Part shown: positions 38,236-48,202 of the stretch, one piece after another
Numbering within the stretch: the stretch's first letter is position 1
Layout: each line of letters begins with the position of its first letter
From: an uncultured Oscillospiraceae bacterium
Lineage (GTDB): Bacteria; Bacillota; Clostridia; Oscillospirales; Oscillospiraceae
Direction of reading: 5' to 3'
NCBI GenBank assembly: GCA_947623745.1
Contig: CANQHN010000008.1
Coordinates: 1,387 to 65,386 of the forward strand
Length of the DNA stretch: 64,000 nucleotides
The notes under the pieces: generated by a model
Told to the model about the DNA's origin: nothing
What the model saw: the letters and a program-made list of their open reading frames with translations, nothing else
The model's database searches: none
Made by a program: the position numbers and the translations under genes

Positions 38236-40119
38236 GTGGTAGCGCTGAAACGATTTTCCGCCCGCGACGTGGGCTTTTACCTGCTGGTGGTGCTGGTGAT
38301 GGTGTTCGCCTTCACCGCCCTGCAGCGCATGGACCAGGACGAGGAGCCCGCGTACAGCCAGATCCGCCTGCTGTTCGAGCAGGAGAAGGTGCGCTCCTTC
38401 CGCCTGGAGGACAACGTGCTCACCATGGTCATCCGGGGCCAGGGGGAGGGCGAGGACACCACCATGCGCTGCACTCTGGCCGATCCCTCCATCTTTTACA
38501 GCGACATGCACCAGCTCATCGACGCCCAGCACGCCTCCGGCATCTTGGAGGAGTACGACTATCCCCCGGGCTGGCAGGCGCCGGGGTGGTTCATCTACCT
38601 CCCCACCCTGGTGATGGTGCTGGCCTTCGGCATTTTGATCTACACCCTGGTCCTGCGGCAGAACGGCGGCGGGACGGGGGGCGGCGCGGCCGCCAACCGC
38701 TTTGGACACGCCCGCACCCGCACCCTGTCCGACCAGGGACAGAAGGTGTCCTTTGACGACGTGGCCGGGGCCGACGAGGAGAAGGAGGAACTGCAGGAGA
38801 TCGTGGAGTTCCTCCGGGACCCCCAGAAGTTCAACGCCCTGGGCGCCCGCATCCCCAAGGGCGTGCTGCTGGTGGGCCCCCCGGGCACCGGCAAGACCCT
38901 CATCGCCAAGGCGGTAGCGGGGGAGGCGGGGGTGCACTTCCTGTCCATCTCCGGCTCTGACTTTGTGGAGCTCTATGTGGGCGTGGGCGCCAGCCGGGTG
39001 CGCGACCTGTTCGACCAGGCCAAGAAGGACGCCCCGGCCATCGTGTTCATCGACGAGATCGACGCCGTGGGCCGCCAGAGAGGCGCCGGCCTGGGCGGCG
39101 GCCACGACGAGCGGGAGCAGACCCTGAACCAGCTGCTGGTAGAGATGGACGGCTTTGCCGCCAACGAGGGGGTCATCGTCATGGCCGCCACCAACCGGCA
39201 GGACATTCTGGACCCCGCCCTGCTGCGGCCCGGCCGGTTCGACCGGCAGATCTACGTGGGCCTGCCCGACATCAAGGGGCGGGAGGAGATCCTGAAGGTC
39301 CACGCCCGGAGAAAGCCCCTGGGGGAGGATGTGTCCCTGCGGGACATCGCCAAGGCCACCGCCGGGTTCACCGGCGCGGACCTGGAGAACCTGCTCAACG
39401 AGGCAGCCCTTCTGGCCGCCCGGGCCGACCGGCACTTCCTGACCCAGGACGACATACACCAGGCCATGATGAAGGTCATCGCCGGGCCGGAGAAGCGCAG
39501 CCGGGTGGTCACCCCCCGGGCCCGCCGGTTGACGGCCTACCACGAGGCAGGCCACGCCGTGGTCATCCACCAGCTGCCCACCCAGGACCCGGTCCACGAG
39601 ATCACCATCATCCCCCGGGGCGGGGCCGGCGGCATGACCATCTCCCTGCCCCAGGAGGACAGGGCGTACCTGTCCCGCACCGAGCTGGAGGAGCGCATCG
39701 CCGTGTGTCTGGGCGGCCGGGTGGCCGAACAGCTGGTGCTGGGGGACATCTCCACCGGGGCCTCCAACGACATCCAGAAGGCGTCCTCCACCGCCCGGGC
39801 CATGGTCACCAAGTACGGCATGAGCCAGCGCCTGGGCACCATCCACTACGGCAGCGAGAGCGACGAGATCTTCATCGGCCGCTCCATGGCCCAGGCCCGG
39901 CCCTACTCCGAGGAGGTGGCCGGCTGGATCGACGAGGAGGTCAAGTCCATCGTGGACGCGGCCTACCGCCGCTGCGAGGAGATTCTGACCGAGAACCGGG
40001 ACCAGCTGGAGCTCACCGCCCGGTATCTGCTGGAGCACGAGACCATGGATGCGGAGACCTTCGAGAAGGTGTTCTCCGCCCCGGACGACCCGGAGTTCGA
40101 GGGGCTCATGGACGAGTAA
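38236..40119 (+). CDS. ftsH: ATP-dependent zinc metalloprotease FtsH (start uncertain)
   Basis: [21 protein letters not shown]. Confidence 0.95.
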   Translation: MVALKRFSARDVGFYLLVVLVMVFAFTALQRMDQDEEPAYSQIRLLFEQEKVRSFRLEDNVLTMVIRGQGEGEDTTMRCTLADPSIFYSDMHQLIDAQHASGILEEYDYPPGWQAPGWFIYLPTLVMVLAFGILIYTLVLRQNGGGTGGGAAANRFGHARTRTLSDQGQKVSFDDVAGADEEKEELQEIVEFLRDPQKFNALGARIPKGVLLVGPPGTGKTLIAKAVAGEAGVHFLSISGSDFVELYVGVGASRVRDLFDQAKKDAPAIVFIDEIDAVGRQRGAGLGGGHDEREQTLNQLLVEMDGFAANEGVIVMAATNRQDILDPALLRPGRFDRQIYVGLPDIKGREEILKVHARRKPLGEDVSLRDIAKATAGFTGADLENLLNEAALLAARADRHFLTQDDIHQAMMKVIAGPEKRSRVVTPRARRLTAYHEAGHAVVIHQLPTQDPVHEITIIPRGGAGGMTISLPQEDRAYLSRTELEERIAVCLGGRVAEQLVLGDISTGASNDIQKASSTARAMVTKYGMSQRLGTIHYGSESDEIFIGRSMAQARPYSEEVAGWIDEEVKSIVDAAYRRCEEILTENRDQLELTARYLLEHETMDAETFEKVFSAPDDPEFEGLMDE

Positions 40120-40156
40120 ACGACAGGGGCGGGGGCCAGCGGCCCCCGCCCTGTTT

Positions 40157-40369
40157 TTATGCCCGCTTCAACTCCTCCAGCGTCTCGTCGATGGTTTTCT
40201 TCGGTAAGTAGGCCGCCGCCATCTCGGCCAGCTGGGCCAGCGTCAGGGAGTGGGCCGCCCCCACCACCGGGTGGCGCATGAGCTTGCCGAACCGCCGCTG
40301 GAATACCGCCTTGGCCCTAGGATCAGCCAGCAGCTCCCCCACGGTGATGGTGTTGTTTTTCAAATCCAC
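40157..40369 (-). CDS. Small hypothetical protein
   Basis: GGAGGTG RBS, GTG start, flanked by terminators. Confidence 0.6.
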   Translation of the reverse strand: MDLKNNTITVGELLADPRAKAVFQRRFGKLMRHPVVGAAHSLTLAQLAEMAAAYLPKKTIDETLEELKRA

Positions 40370-40427
40370 GAGAGATCACCTCCACACACAGCTTATGCGC
40401 CTCCCGCCCGGAGCTTGACTGGGGCCG

Positions 40428-40457
40428 GTATAGGACCGCCCCGCTCCGGGCATACTG
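40428..40457 (+). promoter_or_regulatory. Sigma-G/F-type forespore promoter candidate
   Basis: GTATA-18-CATACTG. Confidence 0.5.
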
Positions 40458-40486
40458 GACTTATCCAAAAAAGGAGGGTCCAAACT

Positions 40487-40663
40487 ATGAGCGAAAACAA
40501 GGCCAACAGCAACATCCAGTGCAGCGTGAGCAGCTGCGCCTATCACAACCCCAAGAACTACTGCTCCCTCGGCCAGATCCAGGTGGGCTGCTGCGACTGC
40601 GTCCCCACCAGCTGCCGGGGCACTGAGTGTGCCTCCTTCCAGATCTCCCCCAAGGCGAAGTAA
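40487..40663 (+). CDS. Small Cys-rich protein (DUF1540-like)
   Basis: IQCSVSSCAYHN..CS...TECASF. Confidence 0.75.
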   Translation: MSENKANSNIQCSVSSCAYHNPKNYCSLGQIQVGCCDCVPTSCRGTECASFQISPKAK

Positions 40664-40697
40664 AAAAAGGTCCCCCAGCATGAGGCTGGGGGACCTT

Positions 40698-41174
40698 TTA
40701 TATCCTCTTGTAGGTCACGTAGCGGAAGGGCAGGCCGTCGTGCTCCATGGGCTCCGACTCCTCTGTTATGGTCCAGGCCGGGTCGGCGTCCAGGTCGGGG
40801 AACCAGCGGTCGGCGGGGAAGGCGGCGCCGATCTTGGTCACATAGGCGGTGTTACAGTGGGGCAGCAGGGCCCGGTAGACGCTCTCCCCGCCAATGACGA
40901 AGGCGTCCTCCGGGGCGCGGGACAGCAGGACCTCCAGGCTGGGGCAGACCTCCGCCCCCTCCGGGGCGAAGCTGGGGTTGGCGGACAGGATCAGGTTGCG
41001 CCTCCCCTTCAGGGGCCGGCCGCCGGGGAAGGTGGCCAGGGTCTTTCGGCCCAGGATCACCGGGTGGCCCAGGGTGAGGGTCTTGAACCGTTTCAGGTCC
41101 TCCGGAATGTAGGCCAGCTGGTCCCCGCCCTTTCCGATGGCCCAGTTCTGGTCTGCGGCGACGATAAGGTTCAT
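40698..41174 (-). CDS. folA: Dihydrofolate reductase
   Basis: IVAADQNWAIG, DLKRFK, ILGRKT, FVIGGE, ADRWFP. Confidence 0.93.
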   Translation of the reverse strand: MNLIVAADQNWAIGKGGDQLAYIPEDLKRFKTLTLGHPVILGRKTLATFPGGRPLKGRRNLILSANPSFAPEGAEVCPSLEVLLSRAPEDAFVIGGESVYRALLPHCNTAYVTKIGAAFPADRWFPDLDADPAWTITEESEPMEHDGLPFRYVTYKRI

Positions 41175-41190
41175 CGGGCGCGCCCCCTTT

Positions 41191-42021
41191 TCAGACGGCC
41201 ACGGGGATCTTCCCCGGCACCGGGTGGGCTTGGTAGCCCTCCAGCTTGAAGCTGTCGGGGGTGAAGGCGTAGAAGTCGGTGACAGAGGGGTCCATCACGA
41301 ATTTGGGGGCCGGGTAGGGCTCCTTGGCGATGAGCTCCTCCACCATGGGCACGTGCCGGTCGTAGATGTGGGCGTCGGCGATGACGTGGACCAGCTCCCC
41401 GGCCTCCAGGCCGGACACCTGGGCGAACATGTGCAGCAGCACGGCGTACTGCATCACGTTCCAGCCGTTGGCGGTGAGCATATCCTGGGAGCGCTGGTTC
41501 AGGATGCCGTTGAGGGTGTTCCCCGACACGTTGAAGGTCATGGAGTAGGCGCAGGGGTACAGGGCCATCTCGCTCAAATCGTGGTGGTTGTAGAGGCTGG
41601 TCAGGATCCGGCGGGAGGCCGGGTCGTGCTTCAGGTCCCAGAGGGCCTTGTCCACCTGGTCCATGTCGCCCTGGGGGTAGTGGTGCTTGACCCCCAGCTG
41701 GTAGCCGTAGGCCTTGCCGATGGAGCCAGTCTCGTCCGCCCAGGCGTCCCAGATGTGGCTGTTCAGATCGTGGACGTTGTTGGACTTCTTCTGCCAGATC
41801 CACAGCAGCTCGTCCACCGCCGACTTGAGGAACTGCCTGCGGACGGTGAGGATGGGGAACTCCCGGCGCAGGTCGTAGCGGTTGACCACACCGAACAGCT
41901 TGATAGTGTGGGCGGGGGTGCCGTCCTCCCACCGGGGGCGCACCGGCCTGTCGGTGTCCCAGACCCCCCTGGAGAGGATATCTTTGCAGTTCTGGATGAA
42001 AACCTGGTCCGCATAGCTCAT
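41191..42021 (-). CDS. thyA: Thymidylate synthase
   Basis: LYPCAY, NQRSQD, IADAHIYDRH. Confidence 0.95.
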   Translation of the reverse strand: MSYADQVFIQNCKDILSRGVWDTDRPVRPRWEDGTPAHTIKLFGVVNRYDLRREFPILTVRRQFLKSAVDELLWIWQKKSNNVHDLNSHIWDAWADETGSIGKAYGYQLGVKHHYPQGDMDQVDKALWDLKHDPASRRILTSLYNHHDLSEMALYPCAYSMTFNVSGNTLNGILNQRSQDMLTANGWNVMQYAVLLHMFAQVSGLEAGELVHVIADAHIYDRHVPMVEELIAKEPYPAPKFVMDPSVTDFYAFTPDSFKLEGYQAHPVPGKIPVAV

Positions 42022-42142
42022 AAAGACGCCCCCGTTTCGTTTCCTGCCCCAATCATAGCATAAAGCGCCGGACAGGGCAAGTGGCGGTTTTGAGTCCCGG
42101 GACGTGGTCCGGCGCCTCGGGAGGCCCCGGGGCGCCGGATGG

Positions 42143-42391
42143 TCATATCCCCTTGTACTTCTTCCGGGTGGCGATGCCGCCGCGGATGTGCCGCTCGGCC
42201 TTGTTCTCGTCCAGGACCTGCTTGACCTGGAGGTAGAGGGGCCGGTTGTAGACCGGGAGGCGCTCGGCCAGGTCCTTGTGCACAGTGGACTTGCTGATCC
42301 CGAATTTCTGCGCTGCGGCGCGGACCGTGGCCCGGTTCTCTATGATGTAAAGAGCCAGGCGCTCGGCCCGCTCCTCCATGTTCCCTTTCAA
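42143..42391 (-). CDS. spoIIID: Sporulation transcription factor SpoIIID
   Basis: TVRAAAQKFGISKSTVHKDLAERL...RHIRGGIATRKKY. Confidence 0.95.
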   Translation of the reverse strand: MKGNMEERAERLALYIIENRATVRAAAQKFGISKSTVHKDLAERLPVYNRPLYLQVKQVLDENKAERHIRGGIATRKKYKGI

Positions 42392-42421
42392 ACTGCAACA
42401 CTCCCCGCCTCTTGTTGCTTC

Positions 42422-42450
42422 ATCTTATGCGCCGCGGTGGGGGCGTATGC
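42422..42450 (-). promoter_or_regulatory. Sigma-E-type promoter of spoIIID
   Basis: GCATA-16-CATAAGAT on the minus strand. Confidence 0.55.
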
Positions 42451-42609
42451 CAGCGCAGCGCGGGCGGTGGGACGGGGAAAGGGGCGCTGATCTGCCGAAA
42501 ATTGAGGAAACTGCCCCGCAGGCGTTGCTATCGCGCCGGGATTGTGGTATACTTACTGTAATTTTGGCGCCCGGTGTGGTTGGGACGCCGGAATCAGAAG
42601 GAGGAACCT

Positions 42610-43959
42610 ATGAAAAGAATACTGCGAAATCTGAGCAGGCGGGGGCTGTGTGCCCTGCTCCTGCTGGGGATTTTGACGGCGCAGGCGCCCATCGTGGGGG
42701 CGGCGGAGGCGCAGATCTTCTCCGACGTGGCCGCGGGCGGCTGGTACTATGACTTTGTCACCGACCTGAGCAGCCAGGGCGTGATCTCTGGATACCCCGA
42801 CGGCACCTTCCAGCCCCAGCGCAACGTGACGGTGGGGGAGGCCCTGGCCCTGATCCTGATGGCCGCGGGGGTCCCCTCCCAGCAGGCCACCGGCGGCCAC
42901 TGGGCCAGCGGCTTCGCCGACTACGCGGTGGAGAACGGCTATCTGTCCGCCTCCATGCGGGAGGACCTGAACGCGGAGATGCGGCGCCTGGACGTGGCCC
43001 GGCTGGCGGCCCGCGCCCTCAAGCTGGTGCCCCCCAAGGACACGAAATCGCCCTTCTCCGACGTGGACGACGGCTACGCCACGGTGCTGTTCCAGAAGGG
43101 CGTGATCTCCGGCACCCAGGATGGCCGGAAGCGGCTGTTCCACCCGGACGACCCCGTTACCCGGGCGGAGATCAGCTCCATCGTGTGGCAGATGCGCAGC
43201 CTCGATGTGCACGAGGGCCAGATCGGCACGGATTACTATTACGTAGACGTGCTGGAGGACGTGCCCCTCAACGAGTATGACCTGTCCGCCTTCCGCCTGA
43301 GCAGAAAGAGCCGGATGGACTACATCGGCTCCGGTGTGCGGACCAGCCAGGGCGTGGACGTCTCCGCCTTCCAGGGGGAGATCGACTGGAAAAAGGTGCG
43401 GCTGGACGGCATCGACTTCGCCATGATCCGTGTGGGCGGCCGGGACTGCACCGACGGCAGGCTCTACGACGACGTCCGGTTCCAGGAGAACATCGAGGGC
43501 GCGCTGAAGGCCGGTCTCAAGGTGGGGGTCTACTTCTTCTCCCAGGCCGTCACCGAGAAGGAGGCCAGGGTGGAGGCCTACTACGTGCTGGATAAGCTGG
43601 CCCCCTACCGCCGGAGCATCTCCATGCCGGTGGTATTCGACTGGGAGGACCTGGGCGACCCCTCCTACCGCACCTATAAGCTGGACAGCGGGACCCTGAC
43701 CAGGTGCGTGGAGACCTTCTACTCCATTCTGAAAAAGGCGGAGTACGAGCCCATGATCTACTTCAACCGCTACGGCGGCTACCGCAGCTACGACCTGCGG
43801 GAGATGACGGACTATCAGTTCTGGTACGCCCAGTATGTGGACGGCAACGAACCCCCGGAGTTCTACTACAAGTTCGATATGTGGCAGTACACCTCCCAGG
43901 GCAAGGTGAACGGCATCGAGGGCGATGTGGATTTGAATCTGTACATAAAGAAGCGGTAA
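42610..43959 (+). CDS. SLH-domain protein with GH25 lysozyme domain
   Basis: FSDV...ISGYPDGTF SLH repeats; GVDVSAFQG, VYFFSQA, VVFDWE, DMWQYT. Confidence 0.85.
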   Translation: MKRILRNLSRRGLCALLLLGILTAQAPIVGAAEAQIFSDVAAGGWYYDFVTDLSSQGVISGYPDGTFQPQRNVTVGEALALILMAAGVPSQQATGGHWASGFADYAVENGYLSASMREDLNAEMRRLDVARLAARALKLVPPKDTKSPFSDVDDGYATVLFQKGVISGTQDGRKRLFHPDDPVTRAEISSIVWQMRSLDVHEGQIGTDYYYVDVLEDVPLNEYDLSAFRLSRKSRMDYIGSGVRTSQGVDVSAFQGEIDWKKVRLDGIDFAMIRVGGRDCTDGRLYDDVRFQENIEGALKAGLKVGVYFFSQAVTEKEARVEAYYVLDKLAPYRRSISMPVVFDWEDLGDPSYRTYKLDSGTLTRCVETFYSILKKAEYEPMIYFNRYGGYRSYDLREMTDYQFWYAQYVDGNEPPEFYYKFDMWQYTSQGKVNGIEGDVDLNLYIKKR

Positions 43960-44085
43960 GAGGTCCGGCCCGGCGGGGAGTCCCGCCGGGCCGGCTTTTG
44001 TCAACACGCCCGGCACCCCGGTTGACGCCGGGGAGCGGATGGGCTATACTAAACACACACCTTAAAATTGAATGGAGGGATTGCC

Positions 44086-45078
44086 ATGAGCCGTGAAACG
44101 GTCCTCTCCCTGCTCCTGTCCCACCGGGACAGCTACCTGTCCGGCGAGGCCATGAGCCGCAGTCTGGGGATCAGCCGGGCCGCCGTGTGGAAGGCCATCG
44201 AGGCCCTCCGGCAGGAGGGCTATGTGATCCAGTCCGCCCCCAACCGGGGCTACCGCCTGGAGTCCGCCCCCGACCGGGTGCGGGAGGGGGAGCTGTCCGG
44301 CCACCTGGTCGGCTGCCTGGTGGGCAGCTCCCTGCTGTGCCTGGACACCATCGACTCCACCAACACCGAGTGCAAGCGCCGGGCCATGGCGGGCGCCCCC
44401 GAGGGGCTGGTGGTGCTCAGCGAGGAGCAGACCGGCGGCCGGGGCCGGCTGGGCCGGTCCTTCCAGTCCCCCAGGGGCTGCGGGCTGTACCTGTCCGCCC
44501 TGCTGCGCCCCCGGCTGGAGCCGGCCCAGGTGGTGGATTTTACCGCCTGGGCAGCGGTGGCGGTGTGCGACGGCATCGAGGCCGTCTGCGGCGTGCGCCC
44601 CCAAATCAAGTGGACCAACGACATCGTGCTGGGGGGCAGGAAGCTGGTGGGCATCCTCACCGAGCTGGGGCTGGAGAGCGAGACCAACTCCCTGCAGTAC
44701 CTGGTCACCGGCATCGGCATCAACGTCAACCACCGCCCGGAGGACTTTTCCGACGACGTGCGCCCTATGGCAACTTCGCTGGCCATGTACCTGGGGCACC
44801 CGGTGCGGCGGGCGGAGCTGGCCGCCGCCGTCATCCGGGCCCTGGACAGGATGTACGCCGGGTTCCCGGACAACCGGGCGGAGTACCTGGAGCGATACCG
44901 GGCCGGCTGCCTCACCCCCGGCCACCAGGTCCAGCTCATTACCCCCGCCTCCCGCCGGGAGGCCAGGGCGCTGGCCATCGACGACCAGTTCCGCCTGGTG
45001 GTGGAGTTTCCAGACGGCCACCAGGAGGCCCTGTCCGCCGGGGAGGTGTCCGTGCGGGGGATGTACGGCTACGTCTGA
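44086..45078 (+). CDS. birA: Biotin ligase/repressor BirA
   Basis: HTH SRAAVWK, QTGGRGRLGR, IKWTND, GIGINVN. Confidence 0.93.
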   Translation: MSRETVLSLLLSHRDSYLSGEAMSRSLGISRAAVWKAIEALRQEGYVIQSAPNRGYRLESAPDRVREGELSGHLVGCLVGSSLLCLDTIDSTNTECKRRAMAGAPEGLVVLSEEQTGGRGRLGRSFQSPRGCGLYLSALLRPRLEPAQVVDFTAWAAVAVCDGIEAVCGVRPQIKWTNDIVLGGRKLVGILTELGLESETNSLQYLVTGIGINVNHRPEDFSDDVRPMATSLAMYLGHPVRRAELAAAVIRALDRMYAGFPDNRAEYLERYRAGCLTPGHQVQLITPASRREARALAIDDQFRLVVEFPDGHQEALSAGEVSVRGMYGYV

Positions 45079-45096
45079 ACCCCAGGAAACTCCCAG

Positions 45097-45125
45097 GCAT
45101 ACCCCGAACCCCTGTCCCATAGAAT
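45097..45125 (+). promoter_or_regulatory. Sigma-E-type promoter of yabPQ
   Basis: GCATA-16-CATAGAAT. Confidence 0.55.
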
Positions 45126-45155
45126 GGTGGTACAAACTGGGAAAGGGGTGGGCGC

Positions 45156-45446
45156 ATGGCATACGAGGACGGAAAGCTGCGCTCGGAGGGGGCGCACCAC
45201 GTCATTCTGGAGGGGCGGGAGGAGCTGTCCGTCTCCGGGGTGGAGGAAGTGGAGAGCTTCGACGAGGAGACCATCGTCATGGTGACGGTGAAGGGGACCC
45301 TGGTGGTGCGTGGGGAGGACCTGCACATCGAGAAGCTGTCCCTGGACGGGGGCGACCTGCGGGTGGAGGGACTGGTGGAGTCCCTGACCTACGAGGATGA
45401 GGGCCAGGCGCGGGGCGGCTTCTTCGCCCGGCTGCTGCGGGGATGA
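45156..45446 (+). CDS. yabP: Sporulation protein YabP
   Basis: GVEEVESFDE...G.L.VRGEDLHIEKLSL. Confidence 0.9.
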   Translation: MAYEDGKLRSEGAHHVILEGREELSVSGVEEVESFDEETIVMVTVKGTLVVRGEDLHIEKLSLDGGDLRVEGLVESLTYEDEGQARGGFFARLLRG

Positions 45447-46144
45447 CCATCTCGGTGGAGCAGCAGTTCGCCGCCCTGGTCCAGGCCCTGTGCCTGGGAC
45501 TGGCGGTGGGTCTGCTGTACGACCTGCTGCGCATCCTGCGGGTGCGCCTGCGGCTGCCCCTGGTGGAGCCGGTGCTGGATCTGGCCTTCTGGATCGCGGT
45601 GACCGCCGGCCTGTTTGTCTGGTCCCAGGGGGCCTGGGGCGGGCGGGTCCGGCTGTACGGGGCCGCCTTTCTGTTCGCCGGCGGGTGCCTGTATTTCCTG
45701 TGGGTCAGCCGGTGGATGCTGAAGATCGGCTACCGGTTTGCCGATCTGGCGGAGCTGGTTTGGAAAATTTTTACATTTCCACTGGCCCTCCTAAAAAATT
45801 TATCGAAAAAAATACGAAAAAATGCAAAAAAACTCTTTCATTCCGGCGTGAAAAGGGTTAAAATAAACCAGATAACCAAGGAGCTGCAGGCCGCCCAGCG
45901 GCGGCGCGCGGAGCGGGAGACAGGAGGGAGCGCCCATGAAGTTCAAACGCGCGGGTCTGATCACCAAGATCGTGATTACGGTCCTGATGATTTACATGGC
46001 CATCTCCCTGCTGGATCTGCGCGCCCAGATCGACACGGTGCAGGGCGAAAGTCAGGCCCTGGCCGCCCAGATCGCCGAACAGCGGCAGGAGAACCAGCAG
46101 CTGGCCGAGGCCATCGAAAACAGCGACGACCCCGAGATGCTTGA
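45443..46144 (+). CDS. yabQ: Spore cortex protein YabQ (3' end overlaps divIC)
   Basis: GLLYDLLRILR, DLAFW, G.VRLY; located between yabP and divIC. Confidence 0.8.
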   Translation: MTISVEQQFAALVQALCLGLAVGLLYDLLRILRVRLRLPLVEPVLDLAFWIAVTAGLFVWSQGAWGGRVRLYGAAFLFAGGCLYFLWVSRWMLKIGYRFADLAELVWKIFTFPLALLKNLSKKIRKNAKKLFHSGVKRVKINQITKELQAAQRRRAERETGGSAHEVQTRGSDHQDRDYGPDDLHGHLPAGSARPDRHGAGRKSGPGRPDRRTAAGEPAAGRGHRKQRRPRDA

Positions 46145-46211
46145 GTCCGTGGCCCGCAGCAAGGGCTATGTCAAGCCGGGGGAGACGCTGTACATAGACG
46201 TGGCCAACTGA
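45936..46211 (+). CDS. divIC: Septum formation initiator (DivIC/FtsB family)
   Basis: TM, coiled coil, D.EMLESVARSKGYVKPGE. Confidence 0.82.
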   Translation: MKFKRAGLITKIVITVLMIYMAISLLDLRAQIDTVQGESQALAAQIAEQRQENQQLAEAIENSDDPEMLESVARSKGYVKPGETLYIDVAN

Positions 46212-46262
46212 TGCCCGCGGCCCCTGGGGGGAATTTTACAAGGGAGGAAATTTCGGTCAATT

Positions 46263-46727
46263 ATGGAGTTTGGTGTTGGGTCCATCCTGGAGGGGAAAGT
46301 CACTGGGATCACGAAGTTCGGGGCCTTTGTGTCCCTGCCGGAGGGGAGATCCGGCCTGGTACACATCTCGGAGATCGCCTATACCTATGTCAATGAGGTG
46401 TCCGAGTATCTCCACGAGGGCCAGGAGGTCAAGGTAAAGGTCATCGGGATCGACCAGAACAATCGGATCAACCTGTCCATCAAGAAGGTCACGGAGCCGC
46501 CTCCCCGTCCCGCCGGTGCGCCGCGCCCCAGGCAGGGGACCTCTGCGCCGCGGCCGGGCGCCGTGCCCCGCCAGGGCGGCTATGTGCCCCGCCCGGCTCA
46601 GCCGAAAGAGCCCACCGATTTCGAGGATAAGCTCAAGCAGTTCATGCAGTCCTCCGACAGCAAGCTGTCCGAGCTGCGCTACATAGAGAAGAAGGGCAGT
46701 AACCGCCGGGGCGGCAACCGCCGGTAA
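46263..46727 (+). CDS. S1 RNA-binding domain protein (YabR/YugI-like)
   Basis: GKVTGITKFGAFV...GLVHISEI...INLSIKK. Confidence 0.9.
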   Translation: MEFGVGSILEGKVTGITKFGAFVSLPEGRSGLVHISEIAYTYVNEVSEYLHEGQEVKVKVIGIDQNNRINLSIKKVTEPPPRPAGAPRPRQGTSAPRPGAVPRQGGYVPRPAQPKEPTDFEDKLKQFMQSSDSKLSELRYIEKKGSNRRGGNRR

Positions 46728-46782
46728 AGCGAGCGAAGGCCGCGCCGCGTAGACACGCGGCGCGGCCTTTTTCTCGGCGCGG

Positions 46783-46848
46783 AAAAAAAGAGCGCCCCGC
46801 GGCGGGGCGCATGAGGAGAAAGCGCATAGGAAGTTCTGGTGAGCTGCA
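46783..46848 (-). ncRNA. Candidate small RNA
   Basis: Minus-strand TTGACG-17-TAATCT promoter with TG extension, about 65 nt, ending in GCGCCCCG hairpin plus U run. Confidence 0.35.
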
Positions 46849-46919
46849 AAGATAGATTACCATAAAATTCCAATCGCGTCAATGGGAGCTTTTGTCGAAA
46901 GCCCCCGGAAAGGAAAACC

Positions 46920-48080
46920 ATGTTGATTCTTAACGGGACCGTCCACCCCATGGACGCCCCTGTCATTCCCCGGGGCTTTGTGGCGGTCTGCGGCGGGAAG
47001 ATCGCCCAGGTGGGCCCCATGGAGGACTGCCCCGCCGCCTGGGAGGGGGAGAGCTTCGACGCCCGGGGCGGGCACATCGTCCCCGGCTTTGTGGACGCCC
47101 ACTGCCACCTGGGGATGTTTGGGGACGCGCTGGGCTTTGAGGGGGACGACGGCAACGAGGCCACCGACCCCTGCACCCCCCACCTGCGGGCCATCGACGC
47201 GGTGAACCCCCAGGACCGATGCTTTCAGGAGGCCCGGCTGGGGGGCGTGACCACCGTGCTCACCGGGCCGGGCAGCGCCAACCCCATCAGCGGCCAGTTC
47301 GTGGCCATGAAAACCAGCGGCCGCTGGGTGGACGAGATGGTGCTCAAGGCCCCGGCCGCCATGAAGCTGGCCCTGGGGGAGAACCCCAAGGGGGTGTACA
47401 ACGAGCGCCACGAGACCCCGGTGACCCGCATGGCCACCGCGGCCATCATCCGGGAGAACCTGCGCAAGGCCCTGGAGTACGGTGAGCGGCTGGACAAGGC
47501 CGCCGCGGACGAGGAGGAGGACAAGCCTGACTACGACGCCAAGCTGGAGGCCCTGCTCCCCGTGGTGCGGGGGGAGCTGCCTGTCCACATCCACGCCCAC
47601 CGGGCCGACGACATCGCCACCGGGGTGCGCATCTGCAAGGAGTTCGGGCTGAAGTACGTCATCGTCCACGGCACTGAGGGGCACCTGATCGCCCCGCTGC
47701 TGGCCCGAGAGGGGGCGGCGGTGATCACCGGGCCCTGCCTGGGGGACCGCTCCAAGCCGGAGCTGGCCAATATGCGCATGGACGGCCCCTCCCTCCTATT
47801 CCGGGCGGGGGTGAAGATCGCCATCTGCACCGACCACCCGGAGACGCCGGTGCAGCACCTGCCCCTGTGCGCTGCTATGGCTGCCCGGGCGGGCCTGGAG
47901 CCGGAGCAGGCCCTGGCGGCGATCACCCGGTACCCCGCGGAGATTGCCGGGCTAGGGGACCGGCTGGGCACCCTGACGCCGGGGAAGGACGCCGACCTGG
48001 TGGTGACCACCGGCCACCCTTTGGATTGGACAAGCCGGGTGGCTTTGGTGTGCATCGACGGAAAAAAGATAGAGGGATGA
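46920..48080 (+). CDS. Amidohydrolase family protein
   Basis: PGFVDAHCH, KLALGENPK, HIHAHRADD, ICTDHP. Confidence 0.88.
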   Translation: MLILNGTVHPMDAPVIPRGFVAVCGGKIAQVGPMEDCPAAWEGESFDARGGHIVPGFVDAHCHLGMFGDALGFEGDDGNEATDPCTPHLRAIDAVNPQDRCFQEARLGGVTTVLTGPGSANPISGQFVAMKTSGRWVDEMVLKAPAAMKLALGENPKGVYNERHETPVTRMATAAIIRENLRKALEYGERLDKAAADEEEDKPDYDAKLEALLPVVRGELPVHIHAHRADDIATGVRICKEFGLKYVIVHGTEGHLIAPLLAREGAAVITGPCLGDRSKPELANMRMDGPSLLFRAGVKIAICTDHPETPVQHLPLCAAMAARAGLEPEQALAAITRYPAEIAGLGDRLGTLTPGKDADLVVTTGHPLDWTSRVALVCIDGKKIEG

Positions 48081-48202
48081 GCGCACTTTAGAAAAATTTC
48101 ACAAAACCCTATGGATTTTCCCGCAGAGTATGGTATAATAAGAGCACGAAGCGGGGCCTCCCGTTTCCAGAATCAGCCCCCGGGGCGAAAGGAGCGGAAA
48201 CT

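Noticed and set aside
48081-48202. raiA-motif ncRNA upstream of hpf
   Set aside because: Only about 120 bp, mostly promoter and RBS; too short for that RNA
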